Below, one piece after another: positions 58,865 through 64,000 of a stretch of 64,000 nt of DNA (the first letter of the stretch is position 1; the number at the start of each line of letters is the position of its first letter). A model generated the notes under the pieces. It ran no database searches, had not been told where the DNA came from, and saw only the letters and a list, made by a program, of their open reading frames with translations. A program made the position numbers and the translations under genes. The DNA comes from an uncultured Armatimonadia bacterium (GTDB taxonomy: Bacteria; Armatimonadota; Zipacnadia; CAVVLO01): NCBI GenBank assembly GCA_963749155.1, contig CAVVLO010000002.1, positions 992,001 to 1,056,000 on the forward strand. The letters run 5' to 3'.

Positions 58865-61800
58865 CTACCGCAACACTACCATCGTGCGGAACACAGTCAA
58901 AGTCTCCCCAGACTCACTGCTGGCTGTGACCTTTACGAGGTAGCTACCGTTGGGCAGCTCTCGCCCGCCGTTATCGGTACCGTCCCACGGTACCTCTACA
59001 GTTCCAGTCGCGTGCAGCATATCCTGCTCGAGGCTCTTAACCAGGGTTCCACCAAGATTATATATGGCGGTCGTAACATAAGCTTCCTGGCTCAGAGTAT
59101 ACCGAACGGTACCGGTTCCCTTTGTTGTGGCATCGGCCGCAAGGCCAGTTACCGCAAGCGCGCCGATAGCTTCCTTGGTCACGATAACCTGCAGCTGCTT
59201 CGTCTGGTCGCCGGCGCGACTTGCCACCGGGAAGGTGTAACTGCTGGCTGTCCTCATGAACACTGTCTTGCCTGTGTCGGGATCAACCAGGACTACCTTG
59301 TATTCGCGCGGTAGCGCGGACAAGTCGTTCCACGTGAGGGCGACTTGGCCGCCAGGCACGTTGGTTTGAACGGTCAGGTCATACACTTCGCGCACGGTGT
59401 CGGCAGCGCGGATATCCACGCCGAGGCCTTCTCCAGCGCGCACTGCTGCGCCCAGGCTGATGTCCACATACTGGACACTGGTCAGCGGAGCGGGCTTCAC
59501 GATGTCATAGAGATTATCAAGTGAGGCCGTAGCGTCCGTGGCGGCGCCTACTACAGCGCTTCCACCGGGCATACCGTTCACACTTGTCTCCAGCTCGAAG
59601 TTCCAGGCTGTCTCGAAAGGCAGACCGCCAGGCAGCTCCGCCGTGAGGCTTCTGACGGAACGCTTCGGCACCGAGATGCCAACCACGTTGGTGTTCTTCA
59701 CAAGCAGCCAGTAGCCCTTCCAGGCGGCCATCCCGCTTGCGAGCTCGTAAGTCGCGGTGGTGCCCTTCTGCATCCACAGGGCGCTGCCGATGTCGCCATC
59801 CGCCGCAGCCTGCATGATGGGCTTGGTGCCGCCGCCGCCGTAGCTAATGACCAGGTCGTACCAGCTAACTGGATTCGCGAAAGGCATACCGATCATATTC
59901 CAGCCCTCGCCCAGTGGCACGACATACGGGTCAGTCAGTATCTCCGTAGGTACTGCCTGCACGGAGACCCCTGCCTCGGACAGCATCCAATAACCTCTGC
60001 CTGGCAGGACACTTGTGATCTCCCCGGTTGGGAAGACATAGTCGTAGTCGAGAGAGGCCCTGTTCCAGTAGGCCAGGTTGCCAATTGTAATGTTGGTAAG
60101 CCCAAGTACCGACGCCGGTGTGTTCGGGGCGAAGGTGCCAGGCACCGACATCAGGAACAGACCAGAGGTCCAGGCGTAAGGCGGCTTCATTACGAAGTTG
60201 ATGCCGCTTGTAGTCAGGCCCGGAGCCACTGTGGCTGCGCGGTAGGTCGGGTCAGGCGTAAGTGCCCCACCCGGTACCGGGACAACCCAGTAGTCGCCAG
60301 ACTCAACATTAAGGAACTGGTAGTTGTATCCAGCATTGGTGTTGGTCGCGGTGCTGTAGAGGGCCGCGCCACCGCCGACAGGTTGCAATTCGACCGTCAC
60401 GCCACCGAGCGGAGCGCTTGTGGCCTCATCGGTCACAAGGCCGCGCAGGTTGCCAGGTGGCAGCTTCTCGAGTTCGAAGTCCTGCAGTGTGCCACCTGCC
60501 GGCGTGATTACTACGATAGCCGACTCGCTCGAGTAGCCAATCGCGCTTGCGATTGCGGTATAAGTCCCCGAAGGCACCTCGTCGAGGTAGGTCGGGATGG
60601 TGTCGTCATCGAACCAGAACGCATAACGGCCATCCGCCAGCGTCGTGGTATCGAGGTCATCGCTATCGATGTCCTTTATGATGTTGCCGGAGCCATCTTC
60701 GAGCCGGACACGCGCTCCAGCGATACCAACACCAGGGGCGTCATCGCCGGTAACCTCGCCATACATATGGCCAGGCTCGCCAGCCAGGACGAAGTCAATT
60801 CCCGTAGTGGTCTGCCCGGGATTGACTGTGACCGGGTTGTCCTCGTAATCCTGCGGACTGTAGCCAGTCGCCTCACAGCGACAGTTGTAATCCGCAGTTG
60901 GCAGGTCGGGTATGACATAGTTGCCGTTTACATCGGTGTAGGCATCACCCGTAACAGGCGTGCCGACCACCGTATCCTCAGTGGCTATGACATGCGCGCC
61001 GAAGACCGGGTTGCCCTGGTCGTCCTCGACGTGGCCGGAAATAGCTCCATTGGGCGCCTCGGTAAGCTGGGTGAAGGCCGCGCGCGTAATGCTGCCATCT
61101 TCCACCGTCGCGCCGTTGCTATGGTCAATTGTATAGCCAGCTTTGGTCGCATTGATGCCATAGTTGCCAGGTGGCAAGCCCTCAAACAGGTACTCGCCAT
61201 CGGCGCCTGTAATTGCATTGAAGGTACCGCCACCGCCGCCGATAGTCACGACTGCGCCCTCGAGCGGCGCCAGGCCGTTCTTCAGCACTACTCTACCTGA
61301 CAGCGAGCCAGTGCGCAGGAAGCCCGAGATGTTCTTGAGCAAGCGGCTACGCCTGTTATGGCTGATGATATGGCGGAAAGTCGTGTCGCCTACTGTGATG
61401 TCGATAGCCTGGTAATCGCGCCGGATGCCCTCCATGCCGAAGGAGGCAAAGACGGCGCGCCGGTTGGCCGAGTTCTGATAGGCCACCATACCCTGACCGC
61501 CACCGTTGAAGGTGAAGGCGGTCGTGGCATTGGCAGCCAGGTTGACCGCGTCTACCCAGCCCTGGTTCAAAGGCGCGTCGCCGCGCCCACCATTGGCGTC
61601 ATAGCCACCGCGCATTTGAAGCGTACTGTTGTGGTAGAGAGTATCGCCCGGACCGTCTGGGATGTTCATCCAGAAGCCGTTCGAGCCGCTCTCACCCAGG
61701 CTGTAGTTGGAAAGGGTGCCCCCTGCGCCGGTCAGTTGGTGCCTGGCCACCCAGTTGTCACCGGCCGTGTCACTGGCATAAGTGACGCCGAAGTAGTTGG

Positions 61801-64000
61801 TTAAGGAAGGCGCTCGGCGCGGCCCCATTGAGGGTCAGCGCCCAGGCGACGTCCTGGCCCGAGAGCACCATCCGGCCGCCCTGGTCCATAAAAGTCTGCA
61901 GCCTGCCCTGAACCGCCAGGTCGCGGATGGTACCCGCGCCTGTCCAGAGGTCGCCTGTATAAGGCGAGAGCCAGACGACGAACTTCTCGTTGACCTGACG
62001 AGCTAGCCCGGTGACCGGGTCAGTTGTCATACGGGGCAGGAAGTTAGCCAGCACATCCGTAGTTATCGGGCCACGGCATAGCACGCGCCAGACATCCACA
62101 TTGTCATACAATCCGGCACTCAGGTTGTAATAGAAGACCTTAAGCGGGAAGTCAGTACTGTAATCTACGGTCTCGCTACCCAGGTTTTGGGTGCCTCGTG
62201 CCAGATACACTCGGCTATGCCAGGTGCGTATGTCATTGTTCTGACCCGCGCCGAAGATCGCCGAGTCCTCATACCACATCGCATAGACCGGATTATCGTA
62301 GTCCGGATCTTTCGTATAGAAAGGTAGTGGCGAGGTCAGCAGATAATGGTCTACCGGTATGCCTACGACCCCGTATCGGTTGGAGCCTGCGCCTATATAC
62401 CCCTCGTTAATGCTGCCGATGAACTTCTGGCCGCAAGCATAATCGGAGATATACAGGATGCGACTGCCACCAACGAAGGGCTTGGTAGTGAAGCCGGTAA
62501 TGTTGTCGTAGCCGTAAGCAAGGTTGATTCCGCCAGTGAAGTTGTAGGAGGTAATGTAATTGCCCACAACATCGAAGGGCACGATGTCTACGTAGTAGTC
62601 GATCTCGCGGTTTGGCGTAGTCCAGGTGTTGGAATACACTCCATCATTGGCAGCGCCATCACCGTGAGCGCCGTCGTCATAAAGGCGGCGGCCCCAAGCG
62701 GCAACATTACCCACATTAAAGTCCAGGATTCCGGCTGTCGTGCCGGTATTCGCGTTGATGACATAGTAGTTGCGCTCTTTGTAAGTCATCAAAGTGGCGC
62801 CTTTGTCATCGCCTGGAATTATCCAGTCATCATCGGTGTTGTCATAGGTCTCAGTACCCCATTGGGCGTCATCGGCGTCATGGAATACAGCCCAGACCTG
62901 CCCTACACCTGATTCACCATCAGAAACTCTTGCCGTGATCCGGATGGTGGAGCCAGGATTGAAAGCTTTACGTTCGAGCCCTGTGCCCGGGTCTGTGATA
63001 ACAGGCAGAGCATTCAATATTGGCGGGTTGATGTCATCAATGCTGACAACCCAGATATTGACGCCATTATCCTCGGCCAGGTCTGGAGTAAAGTTGGGAT
63101 CCATCCAGCCGGTATAGTCGCGCTCGGTGGTGAAGGCGGTCTTGGGGTTGGCCCAGGTGTCGAAACCAGGCGTCGGCGTGGCCGCAATCGGCGCTGAGGA
63201 GGGGTCAACATCATCGAAGTTGTTCTTGCGGCCAATCGGGATCTGTGCGCTGGTGTTCGGCAGCAGGGCATCTGGGCCCTGGATGACGTTCCAGGTACCT
63301 GTATTCCTTATAACAGCCCGGAAGATGTCGAAATCGCCGTTCTCGTCGGAGGCAAAGACAATCAAGGCATAGGCGCCAGAAGTATCAAAAGCGACTATTT
63401 CAGGCTCCTGGTTGTTGCTGGCTGCCACGAGAGAGAGCTGCTGGGTGTCCGTTGCGGCGTAACCGAGCCAACGGGCAATCCAGCACTGCTTGCTGGCCTG
63501 AGTCGAGTCTGCGCTGTCAAGCAAACCCGCTGTGCCGCCGGAATCTACGCTGTCGCTGGTGAAGATGAGTGAGCCGTTGTAAAGCTTGGGATCGGTCTCT
63601 TCGCCAGGGCCCCCCTCGATTTGCACAACACCCGAACCATCGAGGTTGACCATCCAAAGGTCAGTGCCGGTGCCCAAGCCCGTGTCAGCCTGCAAGATGA
63701 TACCGGCGCCGTCAGGACGCCAGGCGGGATGGCGGGCGCCATTGGGGAAGTCGGCGGCATAGGTGATCTGGATAAGGGCAGAGGTAATAGTGTCATAATA
63801 GTAGATCTGATAAGCCGAATCAGGCATAGCCTTGGCTTTGCGGGCAAAGGCAATACGGGTGCCTGAAGGCGACCAGATAGGTTCGATTTCATCCGTTGTG
63901 TCGCTGGCGTAAAGCTTGACCTTGCCAGAGCCATCCGGATTCATCGTCCAGAGATCGTAGTTGTCCTCGACCCCGGCCGCATCCGCCGCAGAATCGCGGT
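58865..64000 (-). CDS. very large secreted protein, 5' end beyond window: PD40/TolB propeller, choice-of-anchor-X-like motif, carboxypeptidase-regulatory-like repeats, shared FlgD-Ig module (+1 frameshift at ~61801)
   Basis: PIWSPSGTRIAF, PAWRPDG; LYDDGAHGDGAANDGVY; four GxLSGxV...GxY...GxY repeats; WDGTDNGGRELPNGSY; reading frame open to 64000. Confidence 0.8.

Overview
A 64-kb chromosomal segment of a GC-rich diderm bacterium. SLH-stalk-barrel (OmpM/SlpA-type) proteins, FlgD-Ig surface proteins and an insertion in TpiA are most consistent with Armatimonadota or a relative (inference). From left to right it contains: redox and sugar-metabolism genes (1-11 kb); a tandem array of six OmpM/SlpA-like outer-membrane genes in three promoter-leader-A-hairpin-B-terminator units, with near-identical N-halves, mosaic barrels and a conserved unexplained ~105-nt leader motif (11-22.6 kb); a TetR/ABC exporter with a clear operator; glycoside-hydrolase-like genes and a surface-glycan cluster (25-37 kb); rapZ-yvcK-gap-pgk-tpiA facing uvrB-uvrC-ogt (37-47.5 kb); and a co-oriented minus-strand cluster (47.5-64 kb). 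That last cluster has three large secreted proteins sharing a ~430-aa C-terminal module ending in a FlgD-Ig/T9SS-CTD-like domain, two CsgG-like proteins, an Ig-fused LptD-like barrel and a PorV/PorQ-like barrel, and is a candidate T9SS-like surface-display system outside Bacteroidota. Nine single-base (+1) frameshifts across unrelated genes most likely reflect assembly errors. I saw no rRNA, tRNA, CRISPR array or mobile element. All family calls come from motif recognition by eye, without database searches.
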